Origin: Bdellovibrionales bacterium | Lineage (GTDB): Bacteria > Bdellovibrionota > Bdellovibrionia > Bdellovibrionales > UBA1609 | Assembly (NCBI GenBank): GCA_965261545.1 | Contig: CBDHDF010000011.1 | Location: 384,001 to 448,000, forward strand | Reading direction: 5' to 3' | Length of the DNA stretch: 64,000 nt | In this document: positions 22,318-33,056 of the stretch, piece after piece | Layout: the number at the start of each line of letters is the position of its first letter | How positions within the stretch are numbered: position 1 is the stretch's first letter | Notes under the pieces: generated by a model | Databases searched by the model: none | What the model was told of the DNA's origin: nothing | Seen by the model: the letters and a program-made list of their open reading frames with translations, nothing else | Made by a program: the position numbers and the translations under genes

Positions 22318-22523
22318 AACACCTCCTGATGCAGAGTATTAAACTCATGGGGAGGTTATGACAAGACTTAGTCAAGGGAATGTAATAATTCTCTAGGGAT
22401 GGTCAAAGAAAAATAAAAAATAAAGGCGAATTCTAGTCAGAATAAAGTATCGTATAACACTTACCCAATCCTGCGGCCTCTCTTAGTCGCTTCTTATCCT
22501 CCCTAGGCATATCCTTGGGGGCT

Positions 22524-24166
22524 CAGCAATTCCCGTCGAAAAATAGTTTAGGCCACAGTAGTGGCTTCCAAAAGATTCGCCTCAAAAAGAGTTCGTAGAC
22601 TTTTGCCTAAGTATCTGTTTGAATATTTGTTGTTGCACATCAGACCAAGGAGGGTTCGTCATGTCGCATCAACATTTTAGAAAAGGTCTATCCGCTTCAG
22701 GAATGTATTCCCTGTTACACAGTAAATCTCTTGCAGTTCCAGATATAAGATCGCAGCGTCCCCATAGGATTCCTCTGAGCGATGCCATTATGTCATCTGT
22801 GGCAATGTTTGCCTTGAAAGATCCATCCATGCTTCAGTTTTGTGATCGTGTCCATGACCCAGTGGCAAAAAACAACCTACACCATTTGTTTCAAATAGGC
22901 CAAATTCCTAGTGATACGGCTATGCGAGAGATTTTAGATCCTGTTCCAACCCGTGAGTTTCAAAATTTTTTTAAATCTTTGTTTACCGTAGCTCAAAGAG
23001 GGAAGGTTTTGGAGGGTTACCCATATTTGGGTGGAAAATATCTTCTCAGCATTGATGGAACAGGTGCCTTTAGCTCCTCGACTATTCATTGTGAGAATTG
23101 TTGTATAAAGAATCATCGTGATGAGACGAAGACCTACTATCATCAAATGTTAGCAGGAGTGATTGTTCACCCCGATAAGAAACAGGTTATACCTATTGCT
23201 CCAGAGTCCATTTCAAACACAGATGGATCGAGCAAAAATGATTGTGAGCGTAATGCAGCCAAACGACTCCTTGAAGATTTTCGCAGGGAACACCCTCACC
23301 TTCCAGTGATTGTTATTGAGGATGGATTGGCTTCCAATGCTCCTCACATCACTCTTCTTAACGAATTAAAATTAAGTTATATTTTAGGCTGTAAGATGGG
23401 GGACCACAAAGTTTTATTTGAGTTTGTAAATGGAGCAGATAGCTTAGGAACAGTTTCTCACTTCACCGTGGTAGAGAATGGAGTGACACATGAATTTCGA
23501 TTCATAAATGATGTTTCACTCAATGATTCAAATCCTGATTGTCGAGTGAATTTTATTGAATACAAAGAAACGAAAGCAAACGGTAAGGTTCAGCACTTTA
23601 GCTGGGTGACTGACATTGAGATCAACGAAGACAACATAATGCAAATAATGAGGGGGGGAAGAGCACGCTGGAAGATAGAAAATGAAACATTTAATACGTT
23701 AAAGAATTTGGGTTACAACTTTGAGCACAATTTTGGCCACGGCAAGCAAAATTTGTGTAACAATTTAGCCGTGATTATGATGCTGGTATTTTTAGTGGAC
23801 CAACTTCAACATTTGGCCTGTAAATTGTTTCAAAAGGCGGTAGAAAAAGAGAGGAGACTATCTTATCTATGGGATCATATGAGGGGGTATTTCCATACCC
23901 TATACTTTAAAAATTGGCAGGAACTCCTCGCCATAATGGCTTATGGGATTAAGCCTATTGCTGCCTCAGATGTTTTCGACACATCATGAGCAGCCATTTT
24001 TCTCAAAGTGCCCCAAAGAGTTTAACGTATTTGCCCTAAACTAAAGTCTGGACATTCGCCTCTAAATGGCGAAGACGGGGAGGTTTACCTTATTCGATGC
24101 AGTGCAATTCTCACACTGAGATTTGGAGGAATTTCAATGTTTTTTCAAGCTCGGCGGGAATTTCTG
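22524..24166 (+). mobile_element. ISNCY/IS4-like element
   Basis: IR cagcaattcccgtcg / cggcgggaatttctg flanking a single transposase. Confidence 0.8.
22661..23989 (+). CDS. ISNCY-like DDE transposase
   Basis: LSIDGTG, KNDCERNAAKRL, EDGL, GRARWKIENETFNTLKN.GY.FEHNFGHG. Confidence 0.9.
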   Translation: MSHQHFRKGLSASGMYSLLHSKSLAVPDIRSQRPHRIPLSDAIMSSVAMFALKDPSMLQFCDRVHDPVAKNNLHHLFQIGQIPSDTAMREILDPVPTREFQNFFKSLFTVAQRGKVLEGYPYLGGKYLLSIDGTGAFSSSTIHCENCCIKNHRDETKTYYHQMLAGVIVHPDKKQVIPIAPESISNTDGSSKNDCERNAAKRLLEDFRREHPHLPVIVIEDGLASNAPHITLLNELKLSYILGCKMGDHKVLFEFVNGADSLGTVSHFTVVENGVTHEFRFINDVSLNDSNPDCRVNFIEYKETKANGKVQHFSWVTDIEINEDNIMQIMRGGRARWKIENETFNTLKNLGYNFEHNFGHGKQNLCNNLAVIMMLVFLVDQLQHLACKLFQKAVEKERRLSYLWDHMRGYFHTLYFKNWQELLAIMAYGIKPIAASDVFDTS

Positions 24167-24393
24167 TCCTCATGGAGACTTTTGTCGACCTTACCAAATT
24201 TAATGCCACGAGCTATCGTGCTGCCAACTGGCTTTATTTGGGCAAAACAAATGGGAGTCGTGCCTACAAAAATGTAAAGGGAAAAACTCAAAAAGGTGTT
24301 TATGTTCAACCTCTGACAAAGAATTATCAGTCTATCTTATTGAATGGCCCCCTGTTAGGCGCCAAGGCCACTCCAAGTATTGTCTCGGCTTAG
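24167..24393 (+). pseudogene. DUF4338 (DruA-like) C-terminal fragment
   Basis: LMETFVD...SYRAANWLYLGKTNG...K.VYVQPL resembles the DUF4338 C-terminal signature; cut by the upstream IS. Confidence 0.7.
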
Positions 24394-26300
24394 AGGAAGC
24401 TGAAGTGACGGCGAAAAAATGAAAAATAGAGATTGAATCCTTGGAGCAAAAAACTGAAAAATCAGCCCTATTGCTGCGGAAGTTGGTGGGTAAAATCACA
24501 TTGACTTCAACCACCCCTGAGGTTGGCCGCTGTTAGCTGACAATTAAAATGCCCCACCGTCGCCAATGAAAAGTGGCCACTTTTCAGAGGAGGACCTATG
24601 GTGATTTTTGGCATTGTCAACCGAGACGCATATAATCAATTGATATTACTCATAAAAAGGCTCCGAGCTGATAAGAACTCCTTTTGGGTTCTTGTCGACC
24701 TGGAAAGGGGCTCCGTGTTGGAGAGTCCTTCCATGACAGCCTATTCAGGTTCCATATTTGTCATTTGTAGACTGTTTCTGGATTTCAATGAGGTTAAATA
24801 TATAGTCAAGAAAAGCCTGTTTAGGCTGTGCCCATTTTCTAAAGTATTTAAATTCCACAAGATTCCAACATTTGCCTCAATTTTCATGGAATTTCTTTCT
24901 GAAGACAGGCTTCCCTTAAAGCCGTCGCCAATTAAAATGTCCCACTTTCAATATGGAGGTTGTCGCCAATGAAAAGTGACCAATCTTCAGGGAGTGTTCA
25001 AATACTAGACAATGAAGTCTCTTCTTCTGATATAGATACTAAGCTCACAGAGTCCCTCCCTTTTGCAACTCAAAAGGTTAGCAATGAGGAGGATCTTATG
25101 ATTAGTCAATACACTTTCGGCCGCATTCGTGACCTGAGTCACAGTGGTAAAAATAAGACAGAAATATCTCGTGAATTAGGGATCAATCGTAAGACGGTGC
25201 GCAAGTACTGTGAGTCCAACACCCCACCGAAGTACAAGGCGAGGTCCAAAAGAACTCGCCCAGATCCCCTTAATGGATATATGGATCGGGTGAAGTACTT
25301 TTTGAAGTTGAACCCAAGTAACACCGCCCGTGAAATATATGAGCTATTAGTTGAGGAGGGTTATCGTGGGAGTGAGAGAACGGTTCAGAGAAGAGTTTGT
25401 GAGATTCTTGGTTCTCGCCCCAAGGAGCGTTTTTTCAGCCAAAGATATGATCCTGGAGAACAGGCTCAGTTTGATTTTAAGGAGAAGGTTGCTTTACCAT
25501 TTGCCGATGGTGTTCAGATCGTTCATCTCCATTTTGGAACATTGCCTTGTAGTGGCACCTGTTGGGTTCGTGCCTACCCCTTTCTTGTCTATGAGTGTTT
25601 CATCGATGGGGTGCATGCTTTTTTTGAAAAGATAGGTGGGATGAGTGCGAACATCCGTATTGATAATTTATCTCCCTGTGTGAAGAAAGTTCTTAAAGGA
25701 AATCAGCGAATTTACACCCAATCTTTTGATCGAGCCATCCAATACTATGGATTTAAGGTTCTTCCCTGCCGCGCAGGGAAGGGCTCTGACAAGGGAGATG
25801 TGGAGCGTGATATTCGAACCTTCAGTTCTCGGATAAAAAATATTGTTAGAAACAAAGGAATTGTTTTTAAAGACTGGGATCATTTGAATCAGTTTTTAGA
25901 GTCTTATATGGATCAGCATCAGAGTGACTCCACCAAATCTCGCTTTGAGGAGGAGGCCAAAGTTCTTAAGCCTTTGCCTCCACGAGATGAAGATATTCTC
26001 TGTAAGGTGAATATTTGTCAAAGTAATGGTTATGGGACTTTGAGAATAGGTAAAACCACATATTCCATACCTGATGAGGTGATCCAATCTCCCTGTAAAA
26101 CCGTACAGGGTCCCTATCATGTCACGATCTATCGTGCAGGAGGGAAGCAAGAAATTGTCGCTCGCCATCAAAGAAAACCTGATGGGGAGCATAGTCTTCT
26201 TCTTGAACATATCCTTCCCTCTTTAGTTCGTAAGCCGCAAGCCATGGTAAGATGGGCTCACCGATCCATTCTTTTTCCAACAAATGTGTTTGAAAATTTT

Positions 26301-28021
26301 GGCTATATCCGAGTTTCTCGGAGCCTAAAGTCCAAATTCCCTAGGGAAATAGCTAAAAACTGGATGTACAGGTTATTCCTAAGATTTGTACATAAAAACA
26401 CGGAGGACAGGGCTACCAAATCACTTGTGTGGAGAGCCGCCGTTATCCACAAGACTCACCCACAGCAGCGCTGCTTTATTGTGGCTCCGAGGGCCATAGC
26501 CGCAGCGTCGCCATGGATGAGTCTGTGGATAACTGACTCATCTTGGCGGAGTTAGTATGGGGAGGTGAATTGGAAAAAGAAATGTTGATCGACAATAAAA
26601 ACTATAATGTACAAAAACGCTTGGGGAAACTTCCAACAATATCCAAATCCCCAGCACACAAGTAAATCATATTCTCAAAACCCTGTAGGTTCTTAAATCC
26701 TGAAGCCCGATTTTTTATGATCTTTAGAAGGCGATTGATTCCCTCAGCCTTGGCATTTGTGACAGGATCTTTAATGAAGGAAAGAATATTTTCTTGGTGC
26801 TTCCTGAGCATCAAGGCAAACTTTTTCATAGAATCAATGCGTGATCTTAAGGCACGAGTGATCCAGGCATTCAGAAAATTCGCAGCATGACCTGGACTCA
26901 CATAATCCCAGAAATGCTCAAAATTATCTTTAAGCAGCCATGCTCTGAATATTTTATTGTTAGATTTCTCCATGAGGTTAATTTTACGAGTTTGGGCCTT
27001 ACTACGAGAGGATGAACTGTAGGCTATCAACCAGCGAGTTCCCTTAATAGCCTTTCTGTCCTTCTTGCAGGCATCTCTCCAAATTTCTTTTCTCACCTCA
27101 TCCACAGCCCTGTTGAGGGATTGAATAATGTGAAATTTGTCCAAAACGAGAGTAGCATTCTTACAATGCTCCTTGATAGAGGAGATGTAGCCTTGAGCCA
27201 TATCACAACAAGCCACTCTAATTTTGTCTCGCTGATATTGGCTGAGTTCCTTTGTAAAAAAGGAGTCTATTGTCTCCTTACCCTTACCTTTTCCAATCCA
27301 AACGACACAGCCTTTCTTCATGTCGTAAATCAAGGTAATAAACTTCCTTCCCTTAGCATAAGAAATTTCATCGACTCCAATGACCTCCAAACCACGAATT
27401 TTGTGACCATCTCGTTCCCTGTGGATGATTCGATGAATAAGATCAGATAAGGTGGATGTGGGTATCTTGACAAGCTCTGAAACGGCTTTTTGGGTCATCT
27501 GCTTGGTCAGGGTCAGAATTGTTAGTTCCAGACGATAGGTGACTCGACTGAAGTGGTCGGCCCAAGGAATTCTCTCCATAATACGACCATGAGTGGGACA
27601 CAGAACTTCCTTCGGAGAATAATGGAAATAAATGGGGGTACCGCACACGACGATATCTCGCCACACTCTTTCTTCTAAGCATCTAAGTATCTTACAGCGG
27701 CGTCCACAATGAGGACAGCGGCAGCCATTCTTATGGGGTTTAACCCCTAAGTGAAGTTCTTGATTTCGATTTTTAAATTTAACCCAAGTCACTTTTAAGA
27801 ATGATAATTTCAACATCTTTATAATAAACTTATTCAAGACCATGGCATCTCCTGTATTATTTTCCAATAAGTAAATTAAGAGATTAAACCATGGTTTTGT
27901 TATGGGTAAAGTAATGAGGGGGATAAATCATGGAAATTGAATTATTTTCTTGGTTTTTAATGCGGTAATTCTGCAACGTCGAAATTAGGCCCATTTTCTG
28001 TTGAGAAACTCGGATATACCC
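26301..28021 (-). mobile_element. ISL3-family element (complete)
   Basis: IR gg(c/g)tatatccgagtttctc; 8-bp AT-rich duplication AAAATTTT at 26293-26300 and 28022-28029. Confidence 0.93.
26602..27867 (-). CDS. ISL3 transposase
   Basis: CPHCG zinc finger, IGVDE, CCDM, DKFH, TNAKAEGIN. Confidence 0.95.
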   Translation of the reverse strand: MENNTGDAMVLNKFIIKMLKLSFLKVTWVKFKNRNQELHLGVKPHKNGCRCPHCGRRCKILRCLEERVWRDIVVCGTPIYFHYSPKEVLCPTHGRIMERIPWADHFSRVTYRLELTILTLTKQMTQKAVSELVKIPTSTLSDLIHRIIHRERDGHKIRGLEVIGVDEISYAKGRKFITLIYDMKKGCVVWIGKGKGKETIDSFFTKELSQYQRDKIRVACCDMAQGYISSIKEHCKNATLVLDKFHIIQSLNRAVDEVRKEIWRDACKKDRKAIKGTRWLIAYSSSSRSKAQTRKINLMEKSNNKIFRAWLLKDNFEHFWDYVSPGHAANFLNAWITRALRSRIDSMKKFALMLRKHQENILSFIKDPVTNAKAEGINRLLKIIKNRASGFKNLQGFENMIYLCAGDLDIVGSFPKRFCTL

Positions 28022-28292
28022 AAAATTTTTATCAATACCTCAAGCAACAAGATTCAAGCCGTGCCGAGCATGAATATTTAAGAGTTATCAACTTGATTCA
28101 GCATGTGAGTTGGCAGGACTTATCTACAGCCATGGAGCTTCAATTAGAAAGTCGTGAGATTTTCGACTTTAAATCCATAAAAGATTTGCTCTTAGGAAAT
28201 CCCACCAAAATTAATTTGAATGACCAACAAAAACCACTTCAACCTAGATTGTCTCAATATGACAGTCTTGTTCCAAACATAGGAGGTTCTTA

Positions 28293-29075
28293 ATGAATCA
28301 CGAAGAACTTATAGGTTCTCTTAAAAAACTCCGACTTCCAGCGATGGCGGATGAATATGTTGCAACGGCTAGAGTTGCCGAAAAAACAAAAAAGACGTAT
28401 GAACAGTATTTAGGTATACTCGTTCAAAATGAGCTTGCTGACAAGCATTCCCAGAGAGTGAAAAGATTGCTTAAGGGGGCCAAGCTTCCTCAACTTAAAT
28501 CACTCCAAACTTATAACTTCCAGAAAAGAACGGGAGTGACAGCTCAGCAAATTAATTGGATGGCAGAGGGAGAGTGGGTCAGAAAAGCCTGTAATGTTGT
28601 GTTTTACGGAAGCTTTGGAATGGGGAAAAGTCATTTGGCCATGTCCCTAGTTCGTTCACTCTGTGAACAAGGCTATCGATGTTTATGGGTCACCACTCAT
28701 GAACTTATTGAAACAATGCGTGAAAGCAAGAAAGAACTCTCATTGAATGCTCTTTTTAAGAAATTAGACCGTTTTGATCTTATTGCTTGTGATGAACTTG
28801 GCTATACAGCTTCCTGCACAGAGGGGGCAGATCTTTTCTTTCAATTCATATCTCAGCGATATGAAAGGAAAAGTCTCATGATCACTACAAACTTAACATA
28901 CTCTGAATGGGATAAGGTGTTTCTTAACCCTATTACCACCGCTGCTGCTGTTGATCGAATCATTCACAACTGTGAAACCCTCAACATTGAAGGAAAAGAA
29001 AGTTGGAGAACCGAATCGGCAAAAGCCAAGTCTAAACAGAGCAAAGAGGAAAGTTCAACCAAAGAAGTTCATTAG
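28293..29075 (+). CDS. istB: IS21 helper ATPase IstB
   Basis: GSFGMGKS, DELGY, ITTN, AAVDRIIH, ESWR. Confidence 0.95.
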   Translation: MNHEELIGSLKKLRLPAMADEYVATARVAEKTKKTYEQYLGILVQNELADKHSQRVKRLLKGAKLPQLKSLQTYNFQKRTGVTAQQINWMAEGEWVRKACNVVFYGSFGMGKSHLAMSLVRSLCEQGYRCLWVTTHELIETMRESKKELSLNALFKKLDRFDLIACDELGYTASCTEGADLFFQFISQRYERKSLMITTNLTYSEWDKVFLNPITTAAAVDRIIHNCETLNIEGKESWRTESAKAKSKQSKEESSTKEVH

Positions 29076-29102
29076 AGATCCCCACTTTTGGGGAAGGAAC
29101 TC

Positions 29103-29200
29103 GCCAGTTATCCACAAAATTTATCCACAGCAGCACTGCGTTGCTAGACATCGGGGTCACAGCCGCAGTGTCGCCATGGATAAATTTATGGATAACTGGC
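29103..29200. repeat. ~95-bp palindromic element with DnaA-box-like 9-mers; related copies at ~18337-18434, ~26442-26533 and ~7299-7390
   Basis: gccagttatccaca...tggataactggc; TTATCCACA at 29108 and 29121. Confidence 0.8.
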
Positions 29201-29829
29201 TTTTACCGTACTATTTGCTCGTCACTCTCGCGGAGCTTTAGACATTAGCTGCGCCAAGGAATCCTGAAAAATACTCCATTTACCTCTGCCATAGGGCTGA
29301 AGGATGCATTTGGGGTCATGCCAAAAGTGGTGGGCAGAAAATCATTCCTCAGAATCTTGTGGCATAGTCCGAGTTAAATGATGAGCAAAATAAAGACACT
29401 TGACTAAACTCTGAACGAAGAATAACTAAATCAGTACATCATCAACTGGCCGTTTTTCATTGGCGACGGCTTCTAAAAATGGCCAATTTTAATTGGCGCC
29501 TAACAGCCGCCCTTACTACCATGCCAGGTCTAAACTTAAGACATGGAACCTTTTAAATCATAGGGACAAGCCAAGTAACCAAAATCACAAAGGAAAATCC
29601 AACAAAACCGGCGACCTTATGACGCCGGTTCGATTAGATTTCAGTGGTGGAGCTAGGGGAGAGACTGGTTGGGCAAGACAAAGAGGTTAGATTAGAGAAA
29701 GAAGTCATGCAGGCCAGGCAATACAGAGAGCCTCACACAGGCAACGGCTCCGAGGGTGGCTCAAAAGAAAGCCGCCACATAACACCCCTCCGTCGGATGC
29801 GTCGTGAGCGCAGATGTGCCCGCATTATT

Positions 29830-30165
29830 ATGACCGATGAAGCTAGGTGCTTAAAATGCATCCGAGAAGAAAGGCAAGCCAAAAAGGGAGTTAAGAACTT
29901 CTCCATCCGGGCCGTCGCCAAAAAAATGAATCGCACCGATTCATGGCTGGCTCATATCGAAAACGGCCGTGCCGATATCCCACAAGATGAACGCTTGGAC
30001 GAACTTCTCAAAATCTATGGTCTTAAGAAAAGGAGCTTCTACGAGCGAGTCCGAATCTACAAACAGAAACGAACTCCACAAATAGAGATGCAAGAGCTTC
30101 TTCCTCGCCTTAACGAGGACACTTTGAGAGTGTTGCTGAAATTTACTTATACTTTGATTAATTAA
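29830..30165 (+). CDS. XRE-family HTH regulator (start uncertain)
   Basis: LKCIREE...SIRAVAKKMNRTDSWLAHIENGR. Confidence 0.8.
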   Translation: MTDEARCLKCIREERQAKKGVKNFSIRAVAKKMNRTDSWLAHIENGRADIPQDERLDELLKIYGLKKRSFYERVRIYKQKRTPQIEMQELLPRLNEDTLRVLLKFTYTLIN

Positions 30166-30731
30166 AACTGATAATTATGTACCTCAATGGTCAATGCCGT
30201 TTCCTCTATCTTGCGCGAAAATTCAGTTAAAATTCTTAAGATTGCTTCCTAGGGTTATTTTTGAAGATTGACGCCTTGGAGAGCCTGGAAACTAAGGAAA
30301 GTAGCACCCACCATAGGGTTCTATAATTGATTCTCATAGGTGATTTTAGAGAATGATTGTATTCTTTTTTCTAAAAATGAGCATTGCGTTAATTTATATC
30401 CTTTCATCTCATAAAAACACTTCCTAGAGCGCATTATGACGGGCTCATGATTGCAAATCCAGTATTTTGAGGTCCTCTAGGTCACTTAAGTTCAGTGGAT
30501 TCTTTATTCAGAGTTAGACCCTGTAGTCAAATATCTGTAAGTTCACAAAAATTAAAATCCAAAAAACCTTTATTATCAATAACTTCAGAGTTTTTCTTAA
30601 TTTCAGAGTGTCGAAGTTGAGGGAAACCTCGAATTAGCCATCAAGAATTACTTGAGTTTGACGATAAGTTACAAGTAGTAAAGTTTAACAAAATGAGTTG
30701 AACTCAGTCCCACTGGGAAGCAGAAAAATCT

Positions 30732-31460
30732 ATGATTAATGTAAAAAAAACTGTTACAAATTCCTCACTTACATTAATACATAAATATATATTCTTTTTC
30801 TTTATAAGCCTATCAGTTGTTAACTGTGCAACTATTGTGAAAGACAGTGAGCAATCTATTTCTGTGGATTCAGATCCTCGCAGTTCTCATTGTATAATTT
30901 CTCAAGGAAACAAAACTATTTTATCTAGAAAGACTCCATTTGTTATGCATGTTGATAGGAGCTCTAAAGACATTATATCAAGATGCGAAAAGGAAGGCTA
31001 TCATGATTCTACAGAAATAAACAAATCTAAATCCAACGGCTGGGCATGGGGAAATATAATATTTGGTGGTATTATCGGACTTTTGGTTGATATCGCTACA
31101 GGTAAGATGTGGGACTATCATTCAAGTATATTTGTTAATCTACAAAAAGAAGAGGTAAAGAATAGAGAATTACATCCTATTGACAATAATATCTCACAAT
31201 TAATTGAAATCGTTAAGATTAAAAAAAACAAAGCATTAGCTGTTTTTCCTAATTCTTTAAAATTTGATATAAATAAGGTATTTTTTATCAAAAAAGAAAC
31301 TTCATTAAACCCTAAAAGAATGCCGAGCAGTAAAAAAAGAATCTTTTTAATAAAAATAAAACGCATGAAGAAAAATAAAGCATTAGTTATTTTTAAACGA
31401 AATTTAGAAATTGAGATAGGAAAATATATTTTATGTTCTTCAAAGCATCAGTGCGATTGA
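30732..31460 (+). CDS. Hypothetical lipoprotein
   Basis: Hydrophobic signal then NCATIV; GWAWGNIIFGGIIGLLVDIATG glycine-rich segment. Confidence 0.7.
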   Translation: MINVKKTVTNSSLTLIHKYIFFFFISLSVVNCATIVKDSEQSISVDSDPRSSHCIISQGNKTILSRKTPFVMHVDRSSKDIISRCEKEGYHDSTEINKSKSNGWAWGNIIFGGIIGLLVDIATGKMWDYHSSIFVNLQKEEVKNRELHPIDNNISQLIEIVKIKKNKALAVFPNSLKFDINKVFFIKKETSLNPKRMPSSKKRIFLIKIKRMKKNKALVIFKRNLEIEIGKYILCSSKHQCD

Positions 31461-31478
31461 TAAGCATGGATTGTTAAA

Positions 31479-31585
31479 GAGGTGTGTCAAAATAAGTTGA
31501 ACGATTTAATCATTTTGTTTTAACCCGCCCATCGGGGCTTAATAATTAAATCACTAGAAATAATCAATTTATTTTGACACACCTC
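31479..31585. mobile_element. 107-bp MITE-like element
   Basis: 22-bp IR gaggtgtgtcaaaataa(g/a)ttga with one mismatch; no ORF. Confidence 0.7.
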
Positions 31586-31745
31586 CTAATACTTGAATCC
31601 GCCACGAATTTTACATTTAGTTAGATTTTGTTTTTTTCAATATCTCTTTCATCGTTTCGGTTTACTGGTGCGTTGCAAAATATCCGACACCGATAGCTGT
31701 TAGCGGTCAATGACAAATTGAGACGATTTTAGGACTCACCATCGT

Positions 31746-33056
31746 ATGGAAGATACCGTACTTGAAAATTCTCACCGGCCCCTTGCCGATCGAATCAGGC
31801 CAACCGCATTGCATGAAGTCGCAGGGCAAAAACATATTTTGACCGACGGGAAGCCGCTGTATGGTGCGATTGAACGCGGTCAGTTGCATTCCATGGTATT
31901 CTGGGGGCCTCCGGGCACGGGTAAAACGACCTTGGCCAAATTACTGGCGGCGCATTGCGATGCTGTCTTCGTCTCCTTGTCTGCGGTGCTGTCCGGGGTC
32001 AAAGATATCCGCAAAGAGGTGGAACAAGCAAAGCTTCGACAACAGATGAGCCAGGTTAAAACGGTCCTGTTTGTCGATGAAGTTCACCGTTTCAACAAAG
32101 CACAACAGGATGCCTTCCTTCCCCATATTGAAGACGGCACTATCATTTTTGTAGGCGCCACCACAGAGAACCCCTCATTTGAATTAAATAATGCATTGTT
32201 ATCCCGACTCCGGGTTTATGTGCTTAAATCGCTTTCGGCGGAAGAAATCGTGATTGTTATCGAACGGGCGCTGGCGGATGTTGAAAAAGGGCTGGGGTCA
32301 GCAAGACTGTCCATGGCTCGGAAAGATATTGAGCACTTGGCTCAAATGGCGGATGGCGATGCACGTCGGGCTTTGACTTGGCTCGAAATCTCAGCCGACC
32401 TTGCAGAAGATGGAAAAATCACCGGCGATCTTTTGTCCGAGGTTTTGGCAGGGGGCGCATTGCGCCGATTCGACAAAGGCGGAGACGCATTCTACGACCA
32501 AATATCAGCATTACACAAATCGGTGCGTGGCTCTAATCCGGATGCTGCGTTGTATTGGTTTTGCAGGATGATCGACGGAGGATGCGATCCTGCATACATT
32601 GCCCGACGGATAGTCCGCATGGCATCCGAAGACATTGGCAATGCGGATCCGAGAGCGCTCGAAATCGCATTGAATGCATGGTGTACCCAAGAACGGCTCG
32701 GAAGCCCTGAAGGAGAACTGACCTTGGCCCAGGCTATTATTTACCTGAGCGTTGCAGCAAAAAGCAACGCTGTTTACAAGGCTTACAATCAGGCCATGTC
32801 GGAAGCCCGGCAATCCGGGTCACTGGATGTGCCGCTGCACTTGAGAAACGCTCCGACCAGACTGATGAAAGAACTGGATTATGGAAAGGATTATCGATAT
32901 GTCCATGATGAACCTGATGGCTATGCGGCTGGAGAAAATTATTTCCCGGACGGGCTACCGCCGATCAATTTTTATCAACCGGTTGATCGGGGCCTGGAAA
33001 TCAGAATAAAACAGAAACTGGCTGAGCTTCGCAAACGGGACAACACGGCAGACTGA
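31746..33056 (+). CDS. rarA: Replication-associated recombination protein A (MgsA/RarA)
   Basis: RPLADRIRP, WGPPGTGKTT, FVDEVHRFNKAQQD, GATTENPSF, ISALHKSVRGS, ASEDIGNADP. Confidence 0.97.
   Translation: MEDTVLENSHRPLADRIRPTALHEVAGQKHILTDGKPLYGAIERGQLHSMVFWGPPGTGKTTLAKLLAAHCDAVFVSLSAVLSGVKDIRKEVEQAKLRQQMSQVKTVLFVDEVHRFNKAQQDAFLPHIEDGTIIFVGATTENPSFELNNALLSRLRVYVLKSLSAEEIVIVIERALADVEKGLGSARLSMARKDIEHLAQMADGDARRALTWLEISADLAEDGKITGDLLSEVLAGGALRRFDKGGDAFYDQISALHKSVRGSNPDAALYWFCRMIDGGCDPAYIARRIVRMASEDIGNADPRALEIALNAWCTQERLGSPEGELTLAQAIIYLSVAAKSNAVYKAYNQAMSEARQSGSLDVPLHLRNAPTRLMKELDYGKDYRYVHDEPDGYAAGENYFPDGLPPINFYQPVDRGLEIRIKQKLAELRKRDNTAD

Larger units (their letters stand above)
19109..22459 (-). 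mobile_element. Three-gene transposon (DUF6431-like Zn protein, DDE transposase, ExeA-like ATPase)
   Basis: TG...CA ends with imperfect IR (tgtgatccaatactttatt / aataaagtatcgtataaca); three co-oriented ORFs. Confidence 0.82.
25098..28293 (+). pseudogene. istA: istA split by ISL3 insertion (25098-26300 + 28022-28293)
   Basis: The two parts rejoin to match the intact copy at 4416-5882. Confidence 0.9.
24531..29505 (+). mobile_element. IS21-family element B (complete ends), interrupted by ISL3
   Basis: TGTTAG...CTAACA ends, repeated cgtcgccaat(g/t)aaaa motifs, GCCGC duplicated at 24526-24530 and 29506-29510. Confidence 0.93.

Noticed and set aside
24598..24972. 124-aa ORF in the IS21-B left end (also 6005-6379)
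   Set aside because: It spans the repeated transposase-binding motifs and has no recognisable domain; both copies match only because the IS is duplicated, so coding status is unsupported
26442..26533. Possible oriC from clustered DnaA boxes
   Set aside because: The boxes lie inside repeated IS ends, with no dnaA/dnaN context
24960..26555. 531-aa apparent full-length IstA
   Set aside because: Chimeric read-through into the ISL3 end after 26300; the true gene is split
29493..29690. Possible C-terminal remnant of the element's recombinase/att site
   Set aside because: Too short and without catalytic motifs; no integrase, tRNA or att repeat could be identified in the window
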